In this document: positions 25,514 to 35,482 of the stretch, piece by piece
How positions within the stretch are numbered: position 1 is the stretch's first letter
Layout: each line of letters starts with the position of its first letter
Origin: Rhodocyclaceae bacterium
GTDB taxonomy: Bacteria; Pseudomonadota; Gammaproteobacteria; Burkholderiales; Rhodocyclaceae
Length of the DNA: 39,036 nt
Direction: 5' to 3'
Assembly: GCA_025361105.1 (NCBI GenBank)
Contig: JANYAW010000330.1
Location: 1-39,036 of the forward strand
The notes under the pieces: model-generated
Database searches by the model: none
Told to the model about the DNA's origin: nothing
Seen by the model: the letters and a program-made list of their open reading frames with translations, nothing else
Translations under genes and position numbers: made by a program

Positions 25514-28500
25514 CTACGCCGCTGTCGATTTACTGTTTTTCCCGCCCGAACGCCCAAACCAAGCCCCGACTCTATCCATATACAAATACACCACTGGTGT
25601 CAGGTATAGCGTCAGAAATTGCGATAGCAGCAAGCCGCCAACGACCGCCAATCCTAGCGGTCGCCGCACTGCGGCGCTGGCACCCCATCCGATGGCAATT
25701 GGTAGCGTGCCGGCCAGCGCGGCCATGGTGGTCATCATGATCGGGCGAAAACGCACGATGCAAGCGTCGAAAATTGCTTGTGATGGTGCGAGCGCTTCGT
25801 TACGCTGTTTTTCCAGCGCGAAGTCGATCATCAAGATGGCGTTTTTCTTGACGATGCCAACCAGCATGATGATGCCGACAAACGCATACAGGCTCAGGTC
25901 TACTTTGAAAATCAGCAAGGTGAGCAATGCGCCAAGACCGGCGGCGGGCAGGCCGGACAAGATGGTGACGGGATGAATGTAGCTCTCGTACAAAACGCCG
26001 AGCACAATATAGACCACCAAAATTGCAATCAGCAATAAGGTGCCAAGACCGACCAAAGAGGACTCGAAGGCTTGCGCGGTGCCTTGCAAACTAGTGGTGA
26101 GCGATGCGGGCAGACGCAGCTCGCGTTCCATTTTGCGGATTTGACTGACGGCTTCGCCGAGCGATACGCCAGGAAGTAAATTGAACGAGAGCGTGACCGA
26201 GGGGAGTTGCCCTTGATGATTGACGGTGAGCGCTTGTGTGCCACGGCTGATGCGTGCGACAGCATCGACCGAGACTAATTTTCCGTTGTTGGAGCGCACA
26301 TGAATTTTGCCTAGCGTGGCTGGATTCGCTTGGTATTCCGGCGCGACTTCAAGGATGACCTGATACTGATTTGTTGCCGCGTAGATGGTGGAGATTTGCC
26401 GTGCACTGAAAGCACTTTGCAGAGCATCTTCGACTTGTCCAAAATTCAATCCGAGTGGCCCTAATTTGTCGCGATCAATTTCTAAATGAACGACGGGGCT
26501 TTGGTTTTTCAGGTTGGAATTTACGTCGACAAACCCGGGCAACTGCCGCAACTTGGCTTCCAACGTGTCAGTCCAGCGATATAGCTCAGCCAGATCGGTG
26601 TCTTGCAAGGTGTATTGATATTGCGCGCTGGAAGATTGTCCGCCAATGCGTATGCTAGGTGGGTTTTGCATAAACACTCGCACGCCGGGGACGCTGGCGA
26701 GTTTGGGGCGCAGCCTGGCGATGACTTGATCCGGTGTCTCTTTGCGCTCGGATCGCGGTTTGAGGTTGATGACGATGGAACCGGTGTTGCTCACCGTGCG
26801 CGAACCACCCGCGCCGACAAATGAGCCCATCGACATCACAGCCGGATCGGTCGCGACGAGTTCCGCTACTGCGCGCTGACGCTGCATCATGGCTTCAAAC
26901 GAGACATCTTGCGGGCCTTCGATGGAGGCATTGATCTGACCGCTATCGCCACTGGGAATGAAGTCCTTTGGTACCGTCACAAACAGCACTGAAGCCAGCA
27001 TGACCGTTGCCACAAACGACAGCATCACCGCACGAGGATGTGCCATGCACCAAGACAGCGAGCGACGATAACTACTGAGTAGCGCGTCGAAAAATCGCTC
27101 GAAGACCATAAAAATGCGGCCGTGTTTTTGCTCGTGGTCATGGTGCAAATATCGCGCACAGAGCATTGGTGTCAATGTCAAGGAAACAAAGCTCGAAACC
27201 AAAATCGCCGCGCAAATCGTCACCGCAAATTCGTGCAAAAGTCGACCAACGATGCCTTGCATGAATAACAATGGAATGAACACGGCAACCAATGACATGG
27301 TCATCGAAATGATGGTAAAGCCAATTTCACTTGAGCCACGAATGGCCGCATCTAAAGTTGTTTCGCCGTTCTCTACATGGCGAATGATATTTTCCAAAAC
27401 CACAATGGCATCGTCGACCACAAAGCCGACTGAAAGCGTTAGCGCCAGCAGAGACAAATTATCGAGGCTGTAATCAAGCGCATACATTACGGCAAAAGTG
27501 CCGATGACTGAAATCGGCAAGGCGAGCGCCGGAATCAGCGTGGCCGAGATATTACGTAGGAACATCAGGATGACCAAAATCACCAAGAATCCAGCCAAAA
27601 TCAAGGTGAATTGCACATCAGCAATGCCATCCCGAATCGACACACTACGGTCATAAATTACTTTCAATTCCACCGACGCGGGCAAGTTTTCCTGGAACGC
27701 TGGCAGTACGCGTTTAATCGCGTCGACCGTTTCTATCGTGTTGGTGCCGGGCTGACGATTGACCGCGAGAATGATGGTGCGATTGTCGTTAAACCAAGCG
27801 GCAACTTTGCGATTCTCCACGCCATCAACGACGTGAGCCAACTCCTCAAGCCTTACTGGCGCACCATTGCGATACGCCACCGTGACTCGGCGATAGGCAG
27901 CCGCATCAAGCAATTGGCCGTTGGCTTGCAACGAGAAACTTTGCCGCGCACCGTCGAGCGAGCCTAGCGGCTGATTCACATTGGCCGCTTTAACGGCTTG
28001 TTGCAATTCGTCAATGCCGATGCCGCGCGAAGACAATTGTGAAGGGTCCGCTTCAATTCGCACTGCATATTTTTGCGCGCCATTGACTTGCACTTGCGCG
28101 ACCCCGGGAAGCGTCGACAAGCGTTGCGCCAACTGGGTTTCGGCGTACTCGTCCACCACCCAGGTCGGTAGTGTTGTCGAATACATGGCGATGAAGAAAA
28201 TCGGTGCATCAGCCGGATTCACCTTACGAAACGATGGTGGCGTGGGCATGTCCGGCGGCAGTTTGCGCTGCCCCGCCGCGATGGCGGATTGCACATCTTG
28301 CGCGGCAGCATCGATGTTGCGATCCAGTGAAAATTGCAATGTAATTGTCGTCGTTCCTTGCGCGCTACTTGAGGTCATTGAATCCAATCCAGCGATACTG
28401 GAAAACTGACCTTCTAGCGGTGTAGCGACAGATGCTGCCATCGTTTCCGGCGACGCACCAGGCAATGATGCGCTAACCGAAATTGTCGGGTAGTCGACAT

Positions 28501-28615
28501 TGGGCAATTCGGCCACCGGCAAGCTACGGTAGGCGACGACGCCGAATAACAGAATCGCTGCCATCAACAGCGATGTCATCACCGGTCGGCGTATGCAAAG
28601 TTCCGACAGTTGCAT
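25514..28615 (-). CDS. RND multidrug efflux permease (AcrB/MdtB/MdtC family)
   Basis: 1033 aa with typical 12-TM RND architecture and two large periplasmic loops. Confidence 0.93.
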   Translation of the reverse strand: MQLSELCIRRPVMTSLLMAAILLFGVVAYRSLPVAELPNVDYPTISVSASLPGASPETMAASVATPLEGQFSSIAGLDSMTSSSAQGTTTITLQFSLDRNIDAAAQDVQSAIAAGQRKLPPDMPTPPSFRKVNPADAPIFFIAMYSTTLPTWVVDEYAETQLAQRLSTLPGVAQVQVNGAQKYAVRIEADPSQLSSRGIGIDELQQAVKAANVNQPLGSLDGARQSFSLQANGQLLDAAAYRRVTVAYRNGAPVRLEELAHVVDGVENRKVAAWFNDNRTIILAVNRQPGTNTIETVDAIKRVLPAFQENLPASVELKVIYDRSVSIRDGIADVQFTLILAGFLVILVILMFLRNISATLIPALALPISVIGTFAVMYALDYSLDNLSLLALTLSVGFVVDDAIVVLENIIRHVENGETTLDAAIRGSSEIGFTIISMTMSLVAVFIPLLFMQGIVGRLLHEFAVTICAAILVSSFVSLTLTPMLCARYLHHDHEQKHGRIFMVFERFFDALLSSYRRSLSWCMAHPRAVMLSFVATVMLASVLFVTVPKDFIPSGDSGQINASIEGPQDVSFEAMMQRQRAVAELVATDPAVMSMGSFVGAGGSRTVSNTGSIVINLKPRSERKETPDQVIARLRPKLASVPGVRVFMQNPPSIRIGGQSSSAQYQYTLQDTDLAELYRWTDTLEAKLRQLPGFVDVNSNLKNQSPVVHLEIDRDKLGPLGLNFGQVEDALQSAFSARQISTIYAATNQYQVILEVAPEYQANPATLGKIHVRSNNGKLVSVDAVARISRGTQALTVNHQGQLPSVTLSFNLLPGVSLGEAVSQIRKMERELRLPASLTTSLQGTAQAFESSLVGLGTLLLIAILVVYIVLGVLYESYIHPVTILSGLPAAGLGALLTLLIFKVDLSLYAFVGIIMLVGIVKKNAILMIDFALEKQRNEALAPSQAIFDACIVRFRPIMMTTMAALAGTLPIAIGWGASAAVRRPLGLAVVGGLLLSQFLTLYLTPVVYLYMDRVGAWFGRSGGKNSKSTAA

Positions 28616-28633
28616 TTTCTTGGCTTAGTTAGG

Positions 28634-29782
28634 CTAATTGTTGGGTTTCGTGCCGCCATCGACGGGCTTTATGGGTTTCACATGCGCAGCAGCGGTAAGG
28701 CGCAACTGGCCTTCGATCACCACCGTCTCATCGACACTCAGGCCTTCGGCAATCACTGCTTGCGTCTTTTGCAGATTGCCAATTTTTACCTTGCGAATTT
28801 CCACTGTGTCATCCTGTTTCGCTACAAAAACAAAGCTGCCCTCGGCGCTTTGCTGTATTGCTTCGGCAGGGATGACCACGGCATTTTTAAGCTGGTCGAG
28901 CACAAGACTGACGGTAACAAACTGTCCACTGGTGAGTTTTTCTTGCTCGTTGGCCATCATGGCTTTGAGCAAAATTGTGCCGGTACTGGCATCCACGCCA
29001 TTGTCAATAAAACGCACTTGCGCGGCAAGCAATTCGTCGCTGCCCGGCAAAGCAATTCCCGCCGCCATTGTTTTGGTGCCGGTGTGCAGCGCCGTTTGCA
29101 GCACCGGTAGATATTTTTCCGGCACGTTGAAACTCACATACAAGGGTTTTATACGATTGACAACTGCCAGCGTAGTGTCATTGGCTTTGACTGCCGTGCC
29201 GGGGAACACCAGTTTCGCGCCGACAATACCGCTAATCGGTGCCTTGATGGTGGCGTACGACAACTGCAAACGGGCGAGTTCTGCAGCGGCTGAATCAGCA
29301 CTCGCGCTGGATTCCGCAGCCGCTGCGGCGGTGCTTAGTTCGGCGACTTTTTCATCCGAGACAAAACCTTTGGCACTTAGCGCAATGTAACGCTCGACAT
29401 CGGCGCGCGCCTTTTGCCATTGCGCGGTGGACTTGGCCTGATTGGCAAGCGCTTGACTGAGCTTGGCCTGAAAATCCGCCGGATCAAGTTGCAGTAAAAC
29501 TTCGCCCTGACCTACATGCTGACCCTCAGAAAAGCTCACTGTTTTCACTTGCCCATCAACGCGAGATTTGAGCGTCACCGTTTCGTAGGCTTCGGTGCGG
29601 CCGGTGATTTCCAACTGAACTGGCACATCTTGCAGGCTGGCTTTCGCCACCACTACTGGCACTGGCGGTGCGGCGGCTTTTTCTTTTTTCGGTGCGAAGA
29701 TTTCTGGCCGCGCGTAAAACCAAATCGTAGCGACACTTACCACCAAAATGGAAGCGATTGCTGCAGCACGTTTTCTCGTCAT
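28634..29782 (-). CDS. RND efflux periplasmic adaptor (membrane fusion protein)
   Basis: 382 aa from ATG 29782 (MTRKRAAAIASILVV). Coiled-coil hairpin and beta-barrel regions are typical of MFPs. Lies immediately upstream of the RND gene. Confidence 0.88.
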   Translation of the reverse strand: MTRKRAAAIASILVVSVATIWFYARPEIFAPKKEKAAAPPVPVVVAKASLQDVPVQLEITGRTEAYETVTLKSRVDGQVKTVSFSEGQHVGQGEVLLQLDPADFQAKLSQALANQAKSTAQWQKARADVERYIALSAKGFVSDEKVAELSTAAAAAESSASADSAAAELARLQLSYATIKAPISGIVGAKLVFPGTAVKANDTTLAVVNRIKPLYVSFNVPEKYLPVLQTALHTGTKTMAAGIALPGSDELLAAQVRFIDNGVDASTGTILLKAMMANEQEKLTSGQFVTVSLVLDQLKNAVVIPAEAIQQSAEGSFVFVAKQDDTVEIRKVKIGNLQKTQAVIAEGLSVDETVVIEGQLRLTAAAHVKPIKPVDGGTKPNN

Positions 29783-29790
29783 GGCGTCGC

Positions 29791-31071
29791 CTATGGTAAT
29801 AAAGATTCGAGCGCGAACAATTGCGCCGCGTTTTCGCGCTGTCGAATCAAATGTGCATCGCACCCATCGATCATCACTTCCACCGCACGGGGGCGTGTGT
29901 TGTAGTTCGATGCCATCGCCATGCCATAAGCACCAGCGGAAAGAATTGCCAGCAAATCGCCTTCATTTAGCGCCAAATTTCTATCGTGGCCGAGCCAGTC
30001 ACCGGATTCACAAACCGGGCCGACGATTTCGTAGGTTCGCTTCTGCAACGGCGTGTCATCAGCACCAACTGGCGTACTTTGTACTTTCACAATCTCATGC
30101 CAAGCGTCATACATCGCAGGTCGCATCAAATCATTCATCGCTGCATCGACGATAGCAAAGTTTTTGTCGATGCCATGCTTGAGCACATCCACGCGCGTCA
30201 ACAGCAACCCTGCATTGCCAACCAGAGAACGCCCCGGCTCAAAAATAAGTTTCTCTTTGCGGCTGGCCAATTTCGCTAGCGTCGGCGCGAGATATTCGGC
30301 AGTGCTCGGTGCAATTTCGTCGCTGCGGTAGGTGATACCCATGCCCCCGCCGACATCAATATGCTCGATGACAATGCCGTCTTCAGCAAGTGCGTCAACC
30401 AACGCCAATAATTTATCTACCGCTTCCGCCGCCGGAGCAGGATCGAGAATCTGAGATCCAATATGGCAGTCAATACCGACTACTTTGATATTTTCCAAGC
30501 TCGCGGCATGCCGATAAATGGCGCGCGCTTCGGTGTAGGCAACACCGAATTTGCTCGACTTTAGTCCGGTCGAAATATACGGGTGCGTTTTAGCATCCAC
30601 ATCGGGATTGACTCGTAGCGAAATTTTCGCGATGCACTCCAATCTTGCTGCCACCTCGTTTAGGGTCGTCAATTCGCTGGCTGATTCGATATTGAAACAG
30701 TGGATGCCAACTTTCAGCGCCTCGGTTATTTCAGCAGGCTTTTTGCCGACGCCAGAAAACACGATTTTGTCTGGCGATCCCCCGGCCGCCAACACGCGCG
30801 CCAACTCGCCGCCTGAAACAATATCGAAGCCAGCGCCGAGTCGTGCAAACACGTTGAGTACGGCAAGATTTGAATTGGCCTTGATGGCATAGCAAACCAT
30901 CGCGCGATCAATCAAGCCATGCGCGCGCAAGGTGTCGGTGTAGGACAAATAAGCTTGGGTCAGCGCGGCACGTGAATAGACATAGCAAGGCGTACCAAAA
31001 CGCGCGGCAATATCTGCTAGCGACACGCCTTCAACACAAAGGCTGCCGTTACGTTCAAAAGCTAGCGTCAT
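29791..31071 (-). CDS. lysA: Diaminopimelate decarboxylase
   Basis: 426 aa, PLP lysine context YAIKAN, GGGMGI, and VGPVCESGD. Confidence 0.95.
   Translation of the reverse strand: MTLAFERNGSLCVEGVSLADIAARFGTPCYVYSRAALTQAYLSYTDTLRAHGLIDRAMVCYAIKANSNLAVLNVFARLGAGFDIVSGGELARVLAAGGSPDKIVFSGVGKKPAEITEALKVGIHCFNIESASELTTLNEVAARLECIAKISLRVNPDVDAKTHPYISTGLKSSKFGVAYTEARAIYRHAASLENIKVVGIDCHIGSQILDPAPAAEAVDKLLALVDALAEDGIVIEHIDVGGGMGITYRSDEIAPSTAEYLAPTLAKLASRKEKLIFEPGRSLVGNAGLLLTRVDVLKHGIDKNFAIVDAAMNDLMRPAMYDAWHEIVKVQSTPVGADDTPLQKRTYEIVGPVCESGDWLGHDRNLALNEGDLLAILSAGAYGMAMASNYNTRPRAVEVMIDGCDAHLIRQRENAAQLFALESLLP
30027..30071. repeat. Intragenic unit of the motif family (..AGGTTCGC ttctgcaac GGCGTGTCATCAGCACCAACTG)
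   Basis: 22-mer at 30050-30071 with the exact core. The upstream spacer/left arm resembles those at 14608 and 16835. Translated in lysA as TPVGADDTP. Confidence 0.8.
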
Positions 31072-31214
31072 GCACGAATTACCGCTGCGGCGTGGCTGCT
31101 ATCATCACTGAACGAATTCAGCGCAGATGGTTGATACAGCGGACCTTTGGTGCCGCAAGCATTGAGTAATAGTGCAGCAAGGACGGTGAGCAACAAGCGA
31201 TTTGAATAAGGCAT
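31068..31214 (-). CDS. lptM: Small lipoprotein (LptM/YifL-like)
   Basis: 48 aa from ATG 31214, lipobox LLNAC. ATGA overlap with lysA. The position next to cyaY matches the known yifL context. Confidence 0.7.
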   Translation of the reverse strand: MPYSNRLLLTVLAALLLNACGTKGPLYQPSALNSFSDDSSHAAAVIRA

Positions 31215-31284
31215 GATTCGGGAAAATGTGATGGTCAGCGGGATAAAGGATGGTAGCACGCGATGAATGGAGGCATTGTTGCTC

Positions 31285-31623
31285 ATGGATGAACAGTTGT
31301 TTCTAACTGTGGCCGATGCACAGCTAGCGTGCATCGAAACGGCTCTGGAGCGCTTGATTGATGCGAGTGAAGCAGGCATTGATATCGAGCTAAAAGCCGG
31401 TGGCGTAATCGAAATTGAATGCACCAACGGCAGCAAAATCATCATCAATCGCCACGGCGCCGCGCGTGAGATTTGGATCGCCGCGCGCTCAGGGGGATAT
31501 CACTTTGCCTTTGATGGCAGCGCGTGGACAGCCGCCAAGGATGGCAGCGAGCTGATGAAGGTGTTAGCGCGCTGCTTGTCGGAGCAAACTGGCACGGCAA
31601 TTGACCTCGACCAATCCTGCTAG
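31285..31623 (+). CDS. cyaY: Iron donor protein CyaY (frataxin homologue)
   Basis: 112 aa from ATG 31285; GVIEIECTNGSKIIINRHGAAREIWIAARSGGYHF is typical of CyaY. Confidence 0.88.
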   Translation: MDEQLFLTVADAQLACIETALERLIDASEAGIDIELKAGGVIEIECTNGSKIIINRHGAAREIWIAARSGGYHFAFDGSAWTAAKDGSELMKVLARCLSEQTGTAIDLDQSC

Positions 31624-31717
31624 CGGGAATTTGGAAAAATGCCTAGCTACGTTAGAATGCTTGACACGCAGTTTTGCCTATTCGCTTTTGCCTGTTTGAC
31701 CCCCTCGAGGAGTGGTA

Positions 31718-32386
31718 ATGATGAAACGCTCGATGCTCACGATGTTACGTATTGCCGCCTTTGCACTGTTCGCGGCAACTTCTTTTTCTGTGTATGCCAA
31801 TGAGCCGCAAAAAACGGCGCAAAAAGGCGATGCAGAGCGCGGCAAAGTAATCGCCGCTGGTACTTGTGCCGCCTGTCATGGCGCTGATGGCAATAGCCAG
31901 ATTTCGACCAATCCAAAACTGGCTGGGCAACACCCTGAATATTTGTTCAAGCAAATGAAGAATTTCAAAGCCACCGACGGCAAACCGGCTGAGCGTGCCA
32001 ATGCGGTCATGGCGGGCATGATTTCCACATTGGACGAAGGACAAATGCGCGATGTCGCCGCATGGTTTGCCTCGCAAAAGCAAACTGGCGACAAAGCCAA
32101 AAATGACCCCAAGAGCTATCCCCAAGGACAAAAACTCTACCGCGCCGGCGATGTCGCAAAAGGTCTAGCCGCTTGTGCCGGTTGCCACGGCCCGGCTGGT
32201 GCAGGAATGCCCGCGCAATACCCGCGCATCGGCGGGCAGTTTGCCGACTACACCGAAACGCAACTCAAAGCTTTCCGCGACGGTGGGCGCGCCAATGATG
32301 CCAACACGATGATGCGTACCATCGCGTTAAAAATGACTGATGCGGAAATGAAGGCGGTGTCGGATTACGTGGCGGGTTTGCGCTAG
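31718..32386 (+). CDS. Dihaem cytochrome c4
   Basis: 222 aa from ATG 31718, with GAGG 7 nt upstream. Signal peptide and two CxxCH motifs (CAACH, CAGCH). Confidence 0.88.
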   Translation: MMKRSMLTMLRIAAFALFAATSFSVYANEPQKTAQKGDAERGKVIAAGTCAACHGADGNSQISTNPKLAGQHPEYLFKQMKNFKATDGKPAERANAVMAGMISTLDEGQMRDVAAWFASQKQTGDKAKNDPKSYPQGQKLYRAGDVAKGLAACAGCHGPAGAGMPAQYPRIGGQFADYTETQLKAFRDGGRANDANTMMRTIALKMTDAEMKAVSDYVAGLR

Positions 32387-32451
32387 AGCAAGATTAAGCT
32401 CCCTCTCCCGCACGCGAGGCGCGATGGCTAAAGCGGTGTTTCGTTATTGCA

Positions 32452-32498
32452 AGTTGGTGCTGGTGATGGAATGGCCCGTTCATCGGCCACACGCCGTT
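32452..32498 (-). repeat. Interrupted copy of the motif (AGTTGGTGCTGGTGA + 23-nt insert + CACGCCGTT)
   Basis: The two halves of the reverse consensus are separated by tggaatggcccgttcatcggcca. Confidence 0.6.
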
Positions 32499-32510
32499 AA
32501 ATAGGAAATG

Positions 32511-32541
32511 AAAAAGCCGACCTTGCGCGGTCGGCTTTTTC
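32511..32541. terminator. Bidirectional rho-independent terminator
   Basis: AAAAAGCCGACC ttgcgc GGTCGGCTTTTT: an 8-bp GC-rich stem flanked by an A-run and a T-run, between the convergent cytochrome genes. Confidence 0.85.
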
Positions 32542-32572
32542 ACGCCTAACAATTGAGGACTACTTAGGCCGA

Positions 32573-32908
32573 CTACTTAGCGCCAGCCAAAATCCACTTG
32601 ACCAAGGTCTTGATGTCGTCTGCTTTGACGGACGAATTCGGCGGCATAGGAATCGCGCCACCGTTAATTTCCTTCCAAACCTGTCCGCCCGTAGCTGCTG
32701 TGCCTTTGGTGACGCGATCAATCAGTCTGGCCTCATCGGCTGCCTTGTATTTTTTGCCGACATCTTGAAACGCAGGACCGACCAGCTTCGCGTCAACTTT
32801 GTGGCAGGACATGCAACCACTCTTGGTGGCCAAATCCTTGTTGGCGAATGCCGGCGCCGAAACCACAAGGCCACAGGCGACTAATGCCGATACGATGACT
32901 GACTTCAT
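32573..32908 (-). CDS. Monohaem class I c-type cytochrome (c-551/c8-like)
   Basis: 111 aa with a signal peptide and CMSCH. RBS AGGAG. Confidence 0.85.
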   Translation of the reverse strand: MKSVIVSALVACGLVVSAPAFANKDLATKSGCMSCHKVDAKLVGPAFQDVGKKYKAADEARLIDRVTKGTAATGGQVWKEINGGAIPMPPNSSVKADDIKTLVKWILAGAK

Positions 32909-33022
32909 TTTGAACTCCTAGCAAGTGAAAGTGGGATGACGAAATGGATTCTAGTGCTTTGGCGACGTATTTCAATAACGTACGTTGGACAAGCGCGTTG
33001 ACCGACGCAGATGATTACTGGC

Positions 33023-33415
33023 TCAAAGCCCAAATTTGTCAAAGATTTTGCCCATTTTTTCCTGCATGGTTTCGGCAGTGAATGGCTTGGTGATATAGCC
33101 CGACGCACCGGCTTGGTCGGCGGCGGTGATGTTTTCCTTTTTGGCTTCGGCGGTCACCATGAGGAAAGGCAAGCCGCTGAGCTTGGTATCCGCGCGTACC
33201 GTTTGCAGCAGGGTCAGGCCGTCCATATTGGGCATGCTCCAATCGGAGATCACGAAATCAATCCCCCCGAGTTGTAGTCGTGCAAGGGCGATAGCACCGT
33301 CTTCCGCTTCTTCGACGTTGGTAAAACCTAGTTCCTTGAGCAAATTGCGAATAATGCGGCGCATCGTCGCGAAGTCATCCACGACGAGGAACTTGAGGGC
33401 GGAGCGGTCTGCCAT
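33023..33415 (-). CDS. cheY: Chemotaxis response regulator CheY
   Basis: 130 aa, very close to enterobacterial CheY along its whole length ([15 protein letters not shown], ISDWxMPNMDG, [12 protein letters not shown], GASGYxxKPF). Confidence 0.9.
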   Translation of the reverse strand: MADRSALKFLVVDDFATMRRIIRNLLKELGFTNVEEAEDGAIALARLQLGGIDFVISDWSMPNMDGLTLLQTVRADTKLSGLPFLMVTAEAKKENITAADQAGASGYITKPFTAETMQEKMGKIFDKFGL

Positions 33416-33439
33416 GGTGCCTCCATGCAGCGATAGTCT

Positions 33440-33459
33440 GGCGGTGCGATGCCGACACT
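33440..33459 (+). repeat. Fragment of the long-form repeat core
   Basis: GGCGGTGCGATGCCGACACT matches 18 of 20 positions of GGCTGTGCAATGCCGACACT at 21673-21692. Confidence 0.5.
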
Positions 33460-33565
33460 ATGCCGCAGGGGTTAGCCCTTCAAAACGGCGAATACCGCTG
33501 AATGAACCCTCTATCAGTGGGGAAAGTCAGCGGCCATTTTCAGGCCGCGTGTATGCCAAGCGAGA

Positions 33566-35413
33566 TTACTTAAGTTGGCTTAAATCCCGTACCGCCCCGG
33601 TATCGGCTGAGGTGGTCATCGCAGCATAGGCCATCAGCGCCATCGAGACTTCGCGCTGCCGATTTGCTGGCTTCCAGGCTGTCGTGCCACGCGCGATCAT
33701 GGCTTGACGGCGTGTCGCCAGCACCAACTGATCGACTGCTAAATGAATCGTACGATTCGGGATGTCGATTTCTATCGCGTCGCCTTCTTCGACCAAGGCA
33801 ATAGTGCCGCCCGCTGCCGCTTCTGGCGACACATGGCCAATGGCAAGGCCAGAGGTGCCGCCGGAAAAGCGGCCGTCAGTGAGTAGCGCGCAGACTTTGC
33901 CCAAGCCCTTGGATTTCAAATAGGAGGTTGGGTAAAGCATCTCTTGCATGCCTGGCCCGCCTTTGGGACCTTCATAACGAACGACGACCACGTCGCCGGC
34001 GATAATTTCGTCGGCGAGGATTTTTTCTACGGCTTCTTCCTGCGATTCGCACACGCGTGCACGGCCGGTGAATTTGAGTATCGATTCATCGACCCCGGCG
34101 GTTTTGACGATGCAGCCTTTTTCGGCGATGTTGCCGGACAGCACAGCCAAGCCGCCATCTTTTGAATACGCGTTGGCCTGATTTCGAATGCAGCCATTGA
34201 CACGATCCAAATCCAGCTTGGGAAAACGTCTTTCCTGTGAAAACGCGACTTGCGTCGGCACACCACCGGGTGCAGCGCGATAAAAGTCTGTCACGGTCGA
34301 GTCGTTTGTAGTCGCCACATCCCACTGCGCCAGCGCGTCAGCCATCGTTTTGCTGTGCACAGTATACGTGTCCGTATGCAGCAAACCCGCACGGTTTATT
34401 TCGGCTAACAACGCCATGATGCCGCCGGCGCGATGCACGTCTTCCATATGATATTTCTGCGTCGCCGGTGCCACCTTGGCCAAGCAGGGAATCTTGCGCG
34501 ATAAACGGTCAATATCTTGCATGGTGAAATTGACTTTGGCTTCGTGCGCGGCGGCCAACAAATGCAACACCGTATTGGTCGATCCACCCATGGAAATATC
34601 TAGCGCAACGGCGTTTTCAAACGCCTCGAAACTCGCAATCGAACGTGGCAACACTGATGCATCGTCCTGTTCGTAATAGCGTTTTGCCAAATCAACCACG
34701 ATCCGTCCGGCACTCAAGAAAAGTTGCTTGCGATCTGCATGTGTGGCTAACAATGAGCCGTTGCCGGGTAAGGACAAACCCAGCGCTTCGGTCAAACAAT
34801 TCATCGAGTTCGCGGTAAACATGCCCGAACACGAACCACAAGTCGGGCAGGCAGAACGTTCCATCGCGGCGACATCGGCATCGCTGTTTTTACTATCGGC
34901 CGATTCAACCATCGCGTCGACCAAATCGACCATGCGATATTCGCCATGCCATTTCACTTTGCCCGCTTCCATTGGGCCGCCGGAAACGAACACCGTCGGG
35001 ATGTTGATGCGCAATGCCGCCATCAACATCCCCGGCGTAATTTTGTCGCAATTGGAAATGCATACCATCGCATCGGCACAATGCGCATTGACCATGTACT
35101 CCACCGAATCAGCAATCAGCTCGCGGCTGGGCAAGCTGTACAACATCCCGCCATGACCCATCGCGATGCCGTCGTCGACCGCAATGGTGTTGAACTCTTT
35201 GGCCACGCCGCCCGCGTCTTCAATTTCACGGGCGACCAATTGACCCAAATCTTTCAGATGTACATGTCCCGGGACAAATTGGGTAAAGGAATTGACCACC
35301 GCGATGATGGGCTTGTCAAAATCACCATCCTTCATGCCCGTCGCCCGCCACAAAGCGCGTGCGCCCGCCATGTTGCGGCCGTGAGTGGTAGTACGAGAAC
35401 GATAGACAGGCAT
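33566..35413 (-). CDS. ilvD: Dihydroxy-acid dehydratase
   Basis: 615 aa, [26 protein letters not shown]..., with [11 protein letters not shown]. Confidence 0.97.
   Translation of the reverse strand: MPVYRSRTTTHGRNMAGARALWRATGMKDGDFDKPIIAVVNSFTQFVPGHVHLKDLGQLVAREIEDAGGVAKEFNTIAVDDGIAMGHGGMLYSLPSRELIADSVEYMVNAHCADAMVCISNCDKITPGMLMAALRINIPTVFVSGGPMEAGKVKWHGEYRMVDLVDAMVESADSKNSDADVAAMERSACPTCGSCSGMFTANSMNCLTEALGLSLPGNGSLLATHADRKQLFLSAGRIVVDLAKRYYEQDDASVLPRSIASFEAFENAVALDISMGGSTNTVLHLLAAAHEAKVNFTMQDIDRLSRKIPCLAKVAPATQKYHMEDVHRAGGIMALLAEINRAGLLHTDTYTVHSKTMADALAQWDVATTNDSTVTDFYRAAPGGVPTQVAFSQERRFPKLDLDRVNGCIRNQANAYSKDGGLAVLSGNIAEKGCIVKTAGVDESILKFTGRARVCESQEEAVEKILADEIIAGDVVVVRYEGPKGGPGMQEMLYPTSYLKSKGLGKVCALLTDGRFSGGTSGLAIGHVSPEAAAGGTIALVEEGDAIEIDIPNRTIHLAVDQLVLATRRQAMIARGTTAWKPANRQREVSMALMAYAAMTTSADTGAVRDLSQLK
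33709..33730 (+). repeat. Intragenic copy of the motif (GGCGTGTCGCCAGCACCAACTG)
   Basis: Exact core preceded by CTTGAC. Translated in ilvD (minus strand) as QLVLATR. Confidence 0.8.
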
Positions 35414-35482
35414 GACAGCTCCGATGTATTACAGTGAGGTTAGACCGATTTTAGCGTGGCATGGCGCGGCTAAAATCAAACC

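Noticed and set aside
25514-29782. RND pump plus adaptor as a complete tripartite efflux operon
   Set aside because: No outer-membrane factor gene and no local regulator lie in the window, so I annotated only the two components actually present.
32558-32583. 13-bp tandem direct repeat GACTACTTAGGCC GACTACTTAGCGCC spanning the stop codon of the monohaem cytochrome c gene
   Set aside because: It is real in the sequence, but it is a single short duplication with no evident consequence for the ORF. It is probably a slippage scar.
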